The position numbers and the translations under genes were made by a program. Shown here in pieces: positions 11,975 through 23,666 of a stretch of DNA of 64,000 bases; position 1 is the stretch's first letter, and every line of letters starts with the position of its first letter. This DNA comes from Anthoceros angustus (Eukaryota; Plantae; Anthocerotophyta). Under the pieces are notes generated by a model, which saw only the letters and a program-made list of their open reading frames with translations, was not told the DNA's origin and ran no database searches. The stretch covers positions 1,550,001-1,614,000 of the forward strand of contig MU008164.1 in NCBI GenBank assembly GCA_010909165.1. Reading direction: 5' to 3'.

Positions 11975-13272
11975 ATGTCGTGCAGCAACGAGGCTCTCGG
12001 CTGCCGCGATGACCATGCGGCCTTGAAGCTGAAAGGCGTGGCCATTGTGGTGATATTCGTCGGGAGCGCCTTCGGGGTCCTGCTCCCCATCCTCGGCAGG
12101 AGATCGAAGCAACTGAGGCCTGACAGCGATGTCTTCTTCGTCACCAAGCTGTTCGCGGCGGGAGTCATCTTGGCCACCGGATTTGTGCATGTTTTGCCCG
12201 AGGGACACGAATTTCTCACACATCCCTGCCTGGATCCTCACCCCTGGCGGGATTTTCCGTTCCCAGGCTTCATGGCAATGTGCGCCACATTTTTCACTCT
12301 GGCGGTGCATTTCGCCGCTACGCAGTACTATGAGAACAAGCATGTGCCTGCCTTCCCTGCCATCGCCCCGGATCTGGAGGCTGGAGATGGCCAGCAACAG
12401 AGCGCGCATGATCCGAGTTACGGTCAGGGAACTTCTATGAATTTGCGTTCTCCGAGTGAAGAAAAGGCAGCTCATATCCGGAAGATTGTCGTCTCCCAGG
12501 TGATCGAGCTCGGAGCTATCAAGCAATCCAGGACCAGCAGATTAGGCTCAAGCTCGGTCTATCTTGTCTAATTCCTTGTGCAGTCTTTGCAGTTTGTGTC
12601 TTTGAAAAGCCACTGATGGATCTTGTTGTGGATTATGCAACGGTGACCATCAATTGATACATACTCGCAGGTTTTGGAGCTGGGAGTCGTGACGCACTCC
12701 ATCGTCATCGGAGTGGGAATGGGAGTGTCTACCAGCCCTTGCTCCTTGCGGCCCTTGATTGCAGTGCTCGCCTTCCACCAGCTTTTCGAAGGCTTTGCCT
12801 TGGGAGGTTGCATGACTACGGTACCTAAGCCTGCATTCTTGTCATCGGACACCTTCAAGCGCATGCGTATGAGTTTCAAGATGCAGAGTTGCAGATTACA
12901 CATACGTGAAGAAAGCTTGCACTGATTAACTGAACTTGGAGCTGCAAAATTATCGCAATTGTGCAGGCAGGAGTGAAGACGGTATCGGCAGTGGCAATGG
13001 CTTTGTTCTTTGCCGCCGCCACGCCGGTAGGGATAGCTATCGGTATGGGAGCGCAAACTAGGTACGATGCCAACAGCCAAGTCGCTCTAATCGTGCAAGG
13101 CACGTTCAGTTCGGTGTCTGCTGGAATTCTCATCTACATGGCTCTGGTCGACCTCATCGCTACCGACTTCCTCAGCAGCAAGCTTCGATCCAATGTCAAG
13201 CTGCAGGTGTCCTCTTACATTGCCCTGTTCACGGGCGCAGGCCTTACATCCCTCATGGCCAGGGTTACGTAG
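11975..13272 (+). CDS. ZIP-family zinc/iron transporter (3 exons: 11975-12499, 12671-12820, 12967-13272)
   Basis: [55 protein letters not shown] introns join the exons in frame. Confidence 0.93.
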
Positions 13273-13593
13273 AGCAACAAAATTGTACAAGTACACGTAG
13301 TATGTTACACCTGCTTCTCCCTTGCGTGCTTGCTTCTGATTTGTGAAGTGTGGAATCACTTCCACGCTTTGTACTTCTAGTCTGTTGAGTCATACAGTTA
13401 CGCATGCAGCATTTCATCTTTAAACAGTTGTGTAGCTTGTAATTTATGCTCCATCGCTGTAGCCAAGATTACTACCTACTGGCCTAAATAAGGCTGGTGT
13501 TGTAGGAGTGGGAGGAACTCCGAGCGGAGAGATGTTTGTAAGTACAAGGAGAGGAGATGGTGTCGCTTTGTCACCTAGACTACATGTGTGGCT

Positions 13594-14940
13594 TCATGGC
13601 AACTGAGTGGACCTGCCAAACAAGGTGGTGAGAGCAGCGCCTGCGATGAGGGCAATGTGCGAACACACCTGCAGCTTCACATCGCTGCGCAGCTTCTGGG
13701 ACAGGAAGGCGGTGGCGATGAGGTCCACCAGGGCCATGTAGATGAGAATGCCGGCGGAGATTGAGTTGAATGTGCCTTCCACCACCAGCGCCACGGGGCT
13801 GTCTAAGTTGTAGGTACGCTGCACTCGGAGGCCGATGCCGATACCCACGGGCGTGGTCACGGAGAAGAAGACAGCCATCACCCACGCGGCGGCCGCCCTG
13901 AATCCCGCCTGTTGCACACTTTGAAGAAGAAAAATGTTATACTTGGGAGTCGGAGGAAGGCAACTAGTACCCAGATCATGGATACATTCTGCAATCAGCT
14001 CTATGTGTGTGTAGAATTCCGGTACCTGGGCGATGGAGCCTCCGACGGCTAGGCCCTCAAAGAGCTGGTGCACCACCAGGACAGCCACCAGTGCCCTGAT
14101 GGAGCAGGGGCTGTTGGACACTCCCAAGCCCACGCCTATGATCACCGCGTGCGTGCTCACGATCCCCAGCTCCAGCACCTGCACATGTATGCATACAGGT
14201 GCGCAAATTTTGATTGTGCTCAGATTATGTGATGCGGAGTCTGAATTCCAGGACCTTCGATAGACCTCGAAGCAAGCAGCAATTCTATCTTCAGAGAGGT
14301 GGATCACCTGAGACACCAAGTGAAGCCAAGAAGGCCCTGGGACGTGAACAAGCTTCACTTCCTCCTGCTGCTGCTTCTTCTGCTTCTGCTTTTCGTCCTG
14401 CTTCTCCTGCTGCTGCTTCTGGGGCTTCTGCCCCTGCTCCTCGTGATGCACAATCTGGAGGTGGCAGTCGATCACATGGCATTGGGCGGCATCGTGGCGA
14501 CCAGCGGCGTCGAGTATGGCGGGGACGTCGGTGTCGGTGCCCGCAGGGGCAGGAGGGCAGGCGGCGAGATGCTCCCGGCGGCAGTAGTGGGTGGCAGCGA
14601 AGTGGGCCAGGAGCGTGATGAGCGAGCCGCACATGGCCAAGAAGCCGGCGAAGGGGAAGAGGGACCAGGGGTGCGGGTCCAGGCAGGGATGCGTGAGGAA
14701 TTCCTGCCCCTCGGACAAGACGTCCACGAAGCCGGTGGCTAGGATGACGCCCGCCGCGAACACCTTGGCCACGAACAGGATGCGGCTGTCGGAGCGGAGG
14801 AAGTCCAGGCTCCGGCACCACAGCGGGAGCAGCACACCCAGGGCGCCGCTGACGAGGATGGCAACGATGGCCACGTACTTGAGCTGCTCTGCCTCCACCG
14901 TGCTCCTGCAGCTCGCTCTGCCCTGGCTGCAGGAATTCAT
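13594..14940 (-). CDS. ZIP-family transporter paralog (exons 14940-14308, 14178-14026, 13908-13594)
   Basis: [52 protein letters not shown]. Same intron positions as the neighbouring ZIP. Confidence 0.92.
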   Translation of the reverse strand: MNSCSQGRASCRSTVEAEQLKYVAIVAILVSGALGVLLPLWCRSLDFLRSDSRILFVAKVFAAGVILATGFVDVLSEGQEFLTHPCLDPHPWSLFPFAGFLAMCGSLITLLAHFAATHYCRREHLAACPPAPAGTDTDVPAILDAAGRHDAAQCHVIDCHLQIVHHEEQGQKPQKQQQEKQDEKQKQKKQQQEEVKLVHVPGPSWLHLVSQVIHLSEDRIAACFEVYRRSWNSDSASHNLSTIKICAPVCIHVQVLELGIVSTHAVIIGVGLGVSNSPCSIRALVAVLVVHQLFEGLAVGGSIAQVPEFYTHIELIAECIHDLGTSCLPPTPKYNIFLLQSVQQAGFRAAAAWVMAVFFSVTTPVGIGIGLRVQRTYNLDSPVALVVEGTFNSISAGILIYMALVDLIATAFLSQKLRSDVKLQVCSHIALIAGAALTTLFGRSTQLP

Positions 14941-15525
14941 GCCTGCAGGCCAGTGCAGGCCTGCCTGAATGCTGCTGCTGCCCAGCTCTTACACAGCGAT
15001 GCCCAGGCCCAAGAGAGGAGTCTTGACAGAGCTATGTCCACGCAGCAGCATGCGCTTGGGGCTCGCGCTGCGCAACGTCCTAGACCTCGATTCGGGGCGA
15101 GGAGAATATCACACGTGTTCCAGGGATGGCATCGGGAACTTTCTTCCCCGATCGAGCTTGTCTGAACGGGCTCGGACTCTGAAATTCCTGTCAGGTCGCT
15201 CGGGCTGGGGGCTGGGCTGCACCTTGGAGGGAATTTAGGGAGATGCAGAAGTCTCATTGGGTGCATACAATGCAGGTCAGGTCATGCTGGGCACATGTTG
15301 ATCATTGGCTGCCCCCGAACTTATGATCTACAGGACCTCGTGATATGGCAGTACGACGCAGATGATAGTTCCCGGGGCAGGACCGCCGTCTGCTAAGCTG
15401 GCTACGATAGGAGGAAGGAAAGAAGCATCTAGAGTCGGGGTTAAGAATAACAACAGCTTGTCTGTACACGAGAATTTTTGGACACGAATGTCTAGCGGTC
15501 TCCGGAAGATGGCACAGTCCAAGAT

Positions 15526-18500
15526 CTACTCCATGTGAGATGGGGTGGTGTGCCGGAGTCGGTGGATCTCGGAGGCCGTGCTTGGCCTGGGCTTGGGCGA
15601 GGATAGCCCTGCTGCGTCGTCTGCGAGGTTGGGTTTGTGTGCAGTCGATGGGCCTTCTGCTGCTGGGCTTGCGTTGCTTAGAGCCCTTAAGCTTGCATGA
15701 TGGTCCTTCAGCTGGGCTTGCTGCCTGTACATGTCCAGGTACACCTTGCGGGTTCTGTTGGTGAGGAGGAGCAGAGCGAGGCAGCCCAAGGTGCATATCA
15801 GCGCCATCACCAGAAACGTGGCTCTGAAGCACTGCGGGCCTATGCACTTGTGAGGGCCCTGCAATACAGTGGGATCATCTCTGGTTGCTGACAGGGCTAG
15901 AGCTTGCCTGTCATAGATGTATCCTGCGAGCTTCACTGACAGGAAGTAGGATCCCAGAGGAGCCGATATGCTGCAACAGTTGGGTCAGGAGATTAGATGC
16001 TGGGAGGCAACAATGGATGGAGCTTGTCACTGTTGTGGGAGAGGGATGGCTGTGGACGTACCTGAGGGTGTTGTAAAGGGCACCCAAGTTGCGGAGACCA
16101 AAGAGTTCGGAAGCTGTTGCTACCATGAGAGTCCAGTGTGCCCCGTGGGCGAGCCCCACCAAGACTGATCCTGGATACAGCATTGCAGGAGCTGCAGAAC
16201 CATCCATGTACGTATCTGGTGTCAGCATTCAGATTCAGGAGGCCACCATCTCCTTGCCTTCACAGGTTTGACGTTCGGCTGACCTGCAGTGGCGAAGAGA
16301 AGATGTGATACACCCATGACAGCCTGGACCAAGAGCAGGAAGAGTGGTCTTGGTGTCCCGTACTTCTTCATGTACCACTCTGATACGTATCTGTCGAGGA
16401 ACAGGTCACACGGCAGATACCAGCCAATCTCGGTTGGTAGGAATTTCAAGCAGCAGCAATTGCAGCAGGCAAGGCACTAAGCTATCATCATGACGCGATG
16501 CTTACCCAGATGCCAATCGGCCCAGGAAATTCCACACACTGACGAGAGCAACGAGAGACCCCGTGCTCTGAGAGCCAGCAGACTCTGCCATCTGTGGAGG
16601 TCCATACAGGTCAGCGATGTTACTTTCTATTCTTGACGAGGTCCAGGCTCTCTCAAACACATTGCAGCCATATGATCTAACCTGAGCGAGATTGTTGATG
16701 GCGGTTAGCCCACTGCCAGTGCCACAGCCCATAGCGAAGAACAACAGCCTGCACGCACAACGCTGTGTGAGAGCAGCCTCTACCTGGAAACACCTGTTCG
16801 GTTGAGAACGGGCATTGTACCAATAATCTCGAGACTGTGCAGCCTCCCACAAAGTATGGTCGTGTCCCAATCGAGTCTTCTTGGACGGAGTGTCAGGGAG
16901 GGTCTTCGGTGCGTCCTTGCGCAAATCGACAACCTTGGGACCAACATCAATCGTCGTGCTTCGTCCAAAGTCGTGCTGCACGCTTGCCGCTTTCCGCTCC
17001 CCTTGATGTTTCGAGCTGCGATCGTTGACGACAGCCGGCGCAGGTAGCGGAGGAGCGTCTGTCGGAAGCTGACTGTAGCCTTTCAGCTGAGCATCCCTTT
17101 GCGCCTTCCACTGTTTCAGAGAAGGTGCAGGACATATTTGAGCTTAGAGACAGGCAGACATGTTTGAGCTGGGAGGAAGGCGCATTCATCATGGAGACAT
17201 CAGTGGAAGCTCACTTACAGGTAGAAGTCCTGGAAGTAGTAGAATGATGAGCATAACAACCATGAAGAAGCGACTGACATTCTTGCTGACAGTAAACATG
17301 TCCTGTACGAAAAAAGATTCATGACGTAAGATATTAAGACAAGACTGACGTCGAGACCCAGAGATGTTTTAACAGTATCAGCTAGACGTCACAGAACAGT
17401 GGGCTGCCAAATTTGCATCCGAAATGGATCATAGCAAACAAGTAAGTGCGTTGTTCAACAAGAGCGGGAAGTCTGGAGATACCTGAATGGAGATGACAGT
17501 GAGCAGATACAGCGCCAAAAAGATACCAATGAGCTGCACCCACAAGTTCTTCAGTCTGTAAGTTGATGGTAGAAATGCTAGACTAAATGAAGGTCATTGG
17601 CAAGTTCAACTTACATACAATCTCGAAAAATAAGACTTGTCAGACTCATTCCTTTGCTTGGGGGCTTCCAATGGACGAATAATTGCCATTGATATAATGG
17701 CAATCAAGGGTGGGACAGCTGCGCATAGCAGCAAGAAAGGGCCTGTGTGGGGGGCGTATATCGCGGTATAGACCTGTACAGGATAGGAATAGGTGAGTTA
17801 AGTCACAAGCAATGGAGAGCTGATCACAAAAGTAAGCATGAAAATACACTTTTTACCTGAGAGAAAATGGCACCACTAAGACCAATAAATCCTTTCAGCA
17901 GGCCCACGGTCACACCTCTGTCTGAGGAGAAATTGCGCACACTACACAAGATAACATCCCAAGCTGAGAAACAATGTTGGAGATCAAGCATATGCTAGAG
18001 TACATGACAGGTCTGGCAAGCACGTTCTGGGTGAAATCAGAGAATTGACAGGCCTTAAGAGAATTACCAGGTGACAAGAACAGCAGTGTTGAACCATGTT
18101 GATCCGTTAGTGCCCAGCATCATTATCACACACATCTGCAGCAGCAGCCCCCTTATCAAGACATTTACCATAGCTTTAAAGGTCTGAGAAAACAAGTTGC
18201 TCATATCGTCATACCTGCCAATAAGAAGGCACTATTTGTCCTGTTGCTGCAAGATATAACTGCAAGGAGGGAACAGGGTGGTCAGAATCACAGCGGACCC
18301 AATTATCACGAAGGACCTATAGGCTTCTGAGTCCAGGTGCGCATCTTAGTCAATCTGAGTTCATTCAAAATATGTCGTCCAAAATATAAGGGCATTTGCT
18401 TACGGTCATAGATAAGTTAGGAAAGGGAATCTCTGGTAGGTTCATGCAGATCCAGCCTCACAACATCGTTAGTTTTTTGCCTGAACATTTTCTAAGACAC

Positions 18501-19263
18501 ATAATAAAACAGCACAGTAGGGAGAACAAGAACCTAGACCAGTAGAAAGTCGAGAAAGAAAAAGTACCATGTGCCTTTGGGATTTGACACCGTACAAAAC
18601 TGCAATACTAATCCACCAGCTGCTTCCAATTGAGTTTGGCTCGCCTGTCAAAGCCGAAAATTCATTGCCACTTCTTAGTGGAAGCTGCTTTCAACTTCCT
18701 TAAACCACACAGGAACACAAGAAACAGACCCACACCAGAGAGCAAGATTGCAGACAGACTTGAGAGTGAGACTGAGGCCCAAATGATTCCTAACTCGACT
18801 CGCTGAGAGACGAGGTGGGGATGGCTGTGAGCTCGTGCATTATTGGGGTTACTGGGATGACACGATTGATAAAATTTCAACAGAGCTGTTCTGAGAACTA
18901 TCTACAGCACCAACTCAGATAAGGATGGCGTACCAATGTGAAGAAGAAGAAGTGCAACAGGCCGCCAACAAGGAGCACAAACCAAGCTGAGGTGACATCA
19001 ATGAGAAGACCGGAGATAATGCCAACATTGCCGCCTATGTCCTTGAAAGTTCCTATTCCGTCTATGCCCTCTTGACTGTAGCCCAGCGCTGTCTTCAGAT
19101 CAGCTGAGTAGAGGGAGAAGACATAGGATATGCCCCCACAGGCTTGCAGCCACATTCCCAAGCAAAGTCCCAACCACCTGTCTTTGCAGAGATTTCTCAG
19201 CCATGACGCCATGCCTCTGCCTGAACCTTCCTGCATCTCAGTTCTGCTCAGTCTGGATGACAT
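15526..19263 (-). CDS. Nodulin-like / NFD4-like major facilitator superfamily protein (multi-exon)
   Basis: Exon peptides RWLGLCLGMWLQACGGISYVFSLYS..KDIGGNVG, FFAMGCGTGSGLTAINNLAQ, SLVALVSVWNFLGRLASG, SELFGLRNLGALYN, LAGYIYD..C.GPQCFR. Internal exon boundaries not all resolved. Confidence 0.9.
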
Positions 19264-19727
19264 CTGCAGCCCAGAATGCCATCACCCTGGGGAACCAAAC
19301 CATTGTCACCGTGCAGCCGATATACTACGTGACCAAGAAGTGTGAAATCGGTCAAAGAGTGAACGAAGCTTGGGCACACGCTTTATTGGACCTGCGAGAC
19401 CGAAATGCGGGCACTCTCTCGATCAAACTCACAGTCGACCGCTCCAGAAGCTAATGCCTCAAAGTGAAAGAGCTTGTAAGCGGGCAAGGGGACCAGCTAT
19501 ATCAATCCGAGGCGATCAGAATTCGAAGACTGTTGGGGCTGACAGCGGGGCACAAGCTTCCGTACGTGGCGAGTGGTACAGCTGCGGAAGCTGACGGGAA
19601 AATTCTCGGCTGAGATCGCTCTTTTAAATTGCAGCATACCGAATGGGATTGGAAGATGTCAAGGACACAAATTGGGCGAGGAGAGTTCTGACACAGAAAG
19701 CCAGGAAAGGTGCACAGCACCTGCTTG

Positions 19728-22700
19728 TTACTGGCGGTCTCCACATGAACAAAACCCATCGACGAAATGGTGAACACGGTGTGCATCTCGCACTATGATC
19801 TCTCGCTTTTCGATCCTGGACATGAGCTTCGTGCCACTGTGGCAGTCATTGCACATTCTGAGATTCTTAGTGACCAGCAAAGTTGTGCCAGCAGGGGTGT
19901 TCAGGAGACCGTGAGCCAAAGCCAATTTCTCCGCATGCCCACACAATCCATCTTCCAGATCTCCATCGGGTGATGCCTTCTGCAGTAACTCCGAGTGTTG
20001 GGTATCGTTTCTCTCGCCTTTTGCCTGCAAATTTACACTCCTTAGCTTTGTAGAAATGTCGTCCCTTTCTTCCCCTACTACGAAAGTGTGGATTTTGCTG
20101 CTTACTTCAATCCAGGCCCTTGCAGGCTTCTTGCAAACACCTGCGGCCCTTCTCAGGCTTTCTAGGTTTTCTACATCCCTCCACCTACCAGCATTTTCGT
20201 AAATGCTTGACAAGAGAGCATACGCAGACGAATTTTGAGGGTCCACTTTCATGATGCGCTCAAAGCATCGTCTGCCACGGTCTATGTCACCATCGCTTCT
20301 GCAGGCAGTCAGCAAAGATGTCCAGCCCACAATGTCGCTTTCATATGGCATCGTTTGCAGCATATTTTCGGCCTCCTCTAGCCGGCCTGATCGCCCAAGA
20401 ACATCAACCACTGACGTGTAATGGTGGACACTGGGTATAATGCCGTGGTTGTCCACCATCATCTTGAAGACTTGCTGTGCCTCATCCACCAGACCTTCAT
20501 GACTACATGCTGCGAGTAAAGAGACAAAAGTGGTGTCGTCAGGCTCGACTCCATGTTGCTGCATCTCTTGGAAACACTTGACTGCCGATTTGCTCATGTT
20601 GTGTTGGCCGTATCCATTCAACAAGGTATTCCATGTCACCACATTTCTCGTGGGCAATCTGTAGAACAGGCTGCGAGCATCATCCAAGCTCCCGCATTTG
20701 AAGTACATGTCCAACAGGCTGGTGCCGACAACCACATCAGCTTCCAGCCCTCTTTCCCGAATTTGGGAATGAAGCTGCTTTCCCTGAAGCAGGGCTCCAA
20801 TACTGGCACAAGCCTTTAATAGCGACACGAATGTAACATTGTTGGCTGGAATGAGACCCTCCTGTTGCATTCTTGCATAGAGGTTGAGGGCCTCATCGCC
20901 AAGTCCTTGGTCAGCATAACCTGAGATCATGGTATTCCATGTCACCACATCTTTTGCAGCTAATCTCTCAAAAAGACGGACGGCGTCTTCTAGGCTCCCG
21001 CATTTTGCATACATGTCCAACAGGCTGTTGCCAACAACCAATTCAGCTTCAAACCCTCTCTCCTTAATTTGGCAATGAAGCCCCTTGCCCTCTTGAAGAG
21101 CTCCTGCAGTTGCACATGCTTTCAGCAGGCACACAAATGTAACGACGTTGGGTACAGCAAGACCCTCCTCTTGCATCCTTGCATAGAGACTGAGAGCTTC
21201 TCGACCGCGCCCATGCTGAGCATATCCTGCAATCATAGCAGTCCACGTCACAACATCTTTGGTGGGCAACTCATCAAATGCTCTGCAAGCATCCTCCAGA
21301 CTCCCACTTTTGGCATACATATCCACCAGGCAGTTGCCCAGAACCAAACTTGCTCTCAGTCCTCTTTCCTGAATTTGTGAATGAAGCTGCTTGCCTTCAT
21401 GCAAAGCTCCCATGCTTGCACATGCTTTCAAAAGACACATGAATGTCACTTCATTCGCAGGAATGAGGCCTTCCTGTTGCATCTTTGCATAAACAGCCAG
21501 AGCTTCTGCACCATGCTCATGCTCGGCATAACCTGCAATCATAGCATTCCATGTCACCACATCCTTCATGGGTAATCTGTCAAAGACACCGCGGGCATGT
21601 TCTAAGCTGCCACATTTAGCATACATGTCTATTAGGCTGTTCCCAATGACCAGATCCATCTCAAGTCCTCGCTCCCGAATGTGGCCATGAAGCTCCCTCC
21701 CTTCATGCAAGGCTCCAACACTGGCACACGCTTTGAGGAGGCATACAAAGGTAACCTGATTGGCTACAATTTCACCTTCCTGTTGCATATTTGCATACAG
21801 AGAGAGAGCATCGTGGCCGAGCCCATGGTGGGCATATCCACCAATCATGGCAGTCCACGTTACCACATTTTTTGAGGGCAACCTGTCAAACACTCTGCGA
21901 GCATCCGCTAAGCTTCCCCATTTGGCATACATGTCGACCAGGCTGCTGCCAACAACTACATCAGCTTCAAGCCCTCTTTCTCGAATGGCAGCATGCAGAG
22001 ACTTCCCCTCAGGTACAGCTCCAGTCATGGCACATGCTTTTAGTAGGCACACATATGTCACGTCATTGGCTGGAGAGGTGCCGTCCTTCTGCATCCTAGC
22101 ATAGATACCAAGAGCTTCTTGAGGCAGCCCATGGTGCACATACCCTGCAATCATGGCATTCCATGTCACTGCATCTTTGGTTGGCAAGCTCTCAAATACT
22201 CTCTGAGCATCCTGTAAGCTCCCACATTTTGCATACATGTCAACTAAGCTGTTACCCACAAATCTATCAGGCTCAATAGCACTCTCCAGAAGGTCAGCAT
22301 GGACCTGCTTCCCAGACGCCAAGTCTGCCACACTTGCACAGGCATTCAGCACAGCCACAAAAACATGATTGTTGGGCTTCACCGTCGACTGCTGCATCAA
22401 TTGGTAAAGTTGCATAGCTTGCACAGGCTGCCGTTGAGCATGTGCAAGGATTATGGAGAACCACATGAACGTGTTCGGCGAACCCATCCTGGTGAACACC
22501 TGCATTGCCTCCTGCAACTTCCCATGACCAGCATACATGCGTATGATGTGGTTGGCCAGAAATTTGTCAGACTCGAACCCAGACTTACAAGCAAGGACAT
22601 GGACACGCCTTCCAACACCCAAATTCTTCTGTTCAATGCAGCTCTTGAGGAGAGAGTATATGAGAGATTGCGGAACCCGATATCCTTGCTGAACCAGTGA

Positions 22701-22847
22701 GTCCAAAGCTTCTACGCGCTCTCTCAGCCTCCCCTCTTCACATAGTTTGGTGCAGATTCCAACCTCTGAAGCCGTATCATAGCTCGCAACCCTGCCAGGC
22801 CGAGGGCACTGTGAAGACGAGAAATCTTCAGGTAACCATCCCAACAT
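19728..22847 (-). CDS. PLS-class PPR protein with E1-E2 and DYW:KP-type deaminase domain (DRQ end); candidate organellar RNA-editing factor
   Basis: Uninterrupted ORF (open from 22952, first ATG 22847) with ~22 P/L/S motifs, KKPARAWIEV (KP box), GHAEKLA, CNDCH, ending CSCGDRQ. True start or an extra 5' exon is uncertain. Confidence 0.93.
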   Translation of the reverse strand: MLGWLPEDFSSSQCPRPGRVASYDTASEVGICTKLCEEGRLRERVEALDSLVQQGYRVPQSLIYSLLKSCIEQKNLGVGRRVHVLACKSGFESDKFLANHIIRMYAGHGKLQEAMQVFTRMGSPNTFMWFSIILAHAQRQPVQAMQLYQLMQQSTVKPNNHVFVAVLNACASVADLASGKQVHADLLESAIEPDRFVGNSLVDMYAKCGSLQDAQRVFESLPTKDAVTWNAMIAGYVHHGLPQEALGIYARMQKDGTSPANDVTYVCLLKACAMTGAVPEGKSLHAAIRERGLEADVVVGSSLVDMYAKWGSLADARRVFDRLPSKNVVTWTAMIGGYAHHGLGHDALSLYANMQQEGEIVANQVTFVCLLKACASVGALHEGRELHGHIRERGLEMDLVIGNSLIDMYAKCGSLEHARGVFDRLPMKDVVTWNAMIAGYAEHEHGAEALAVYAKMQQEGLIPANEVTFMCLLKACASMGALHEGKQLHSQIQERGLRASLVLGNCLVDMYAKSGSLEDACRAFDELPTKDVVTWTAMIAGYAQHGRGREALSLYARMQEEGLAVPNVVTFVCLLKACATAGALQEGKGLHCQIKERGFEAELVVGNSLLDMYAKCGSLEDAVRLFERLAAKDVVTWNTMISGYADQGLGDEALNLYARMQQEGLIPANNVTFVSLLKACASIGALLQGKQLHSQIRERGLEADVVVGTSLLDMYFKCGSLDDARSLFYRLPTRNVVTWNTLLNGYGQHNMSKSAVKCFQEMQQHGVEPDDTTFVSLLAACSHEGLVDEAQQVFKMMVDNHGIIPSVHHYTSVVDVLGRSGRLEEAENMLQTMPYESDIVGWTSLLTACRSDGDIDRGRRCFERIMKVDPQNSSAYALLSSIYENAGRWRDVENLESLRRAAGVCKKPARAWIEVSSKIHTFVVGEERDDISTKLRSVNLQAKGERNDTQHSELLQKASPDGDLEDGLCGHAEKLALAHGLLNTPAGTTLLVTKNLRMCNDCHSGTKLMSRIEKREIIVRDAHRVHHFVDGFCSCGDRQ

Positions 22848-23666
22848 AATAGGTACAAGAATTTTGCATCCTGAGGCAAGCAAGAGAACCGAAAGAAGCT
22901 TGACCTCCCAAGCTCTACACCATCCTCCTCTCCCAGCCTTGCCTCTACACACGCAGGTTGTAACAAGACCTTCCCCCTCGGTGCGCCATTCAAGTTCATC
23001 GGATCACTTTGGTCCCTCTGTACAGCAAACATCAAATCAGCGCCCACTATCCCCAAGCCATCACAGATGGCAACCACTGGGCGGTGACGGAAAACTTACC
23101 TTAGTAGGATACCCCGGAAACCTTTCCTGAAAAGCCTGTGGACCTCCTGGCTCCAGTGCAAAAGTACCCACCCCATACATGAGAATCTACGACCATCTCA
23201 CCCGCAACCCAGCAAAGCTAAGCTGATGAACTACTCACCGGATTTGCGATGCTCTGCTACGCCCCACAGGACGGAGAAAAATCTACACCATTCCTCACAA
23301 GGGCCGTGTTTGCTTCTTTTGATGAGGCTGCAGAAAGGGCCGATGACTCCACCACCCTTCCTCATCTCGTGGGTGCTAACGGATTTACAAACATCTGCCG
23401 CTTCTAGATTCCGGGCAGCCTAGAATGGGCGCCCCAGTTAGAAATCTCATACTGTGTATCAGCGTACATGCTATGCAAAAGGCGGCTCCATTTTTTGTGT
23501 GACGGGACTTAGATTTTGCCGTGCCCATACAGGATATGATGCTCACGAGTCACGAGCAGCTCATGTCACACCTACTTGATTTGGGGAACGGAGCTCGAGC
23601 AGTCACCAACTTGACCGACGCTATTTAGGGCTGCAACAGAGCAGTCGGGGAGGAAAGCTTGCAACG

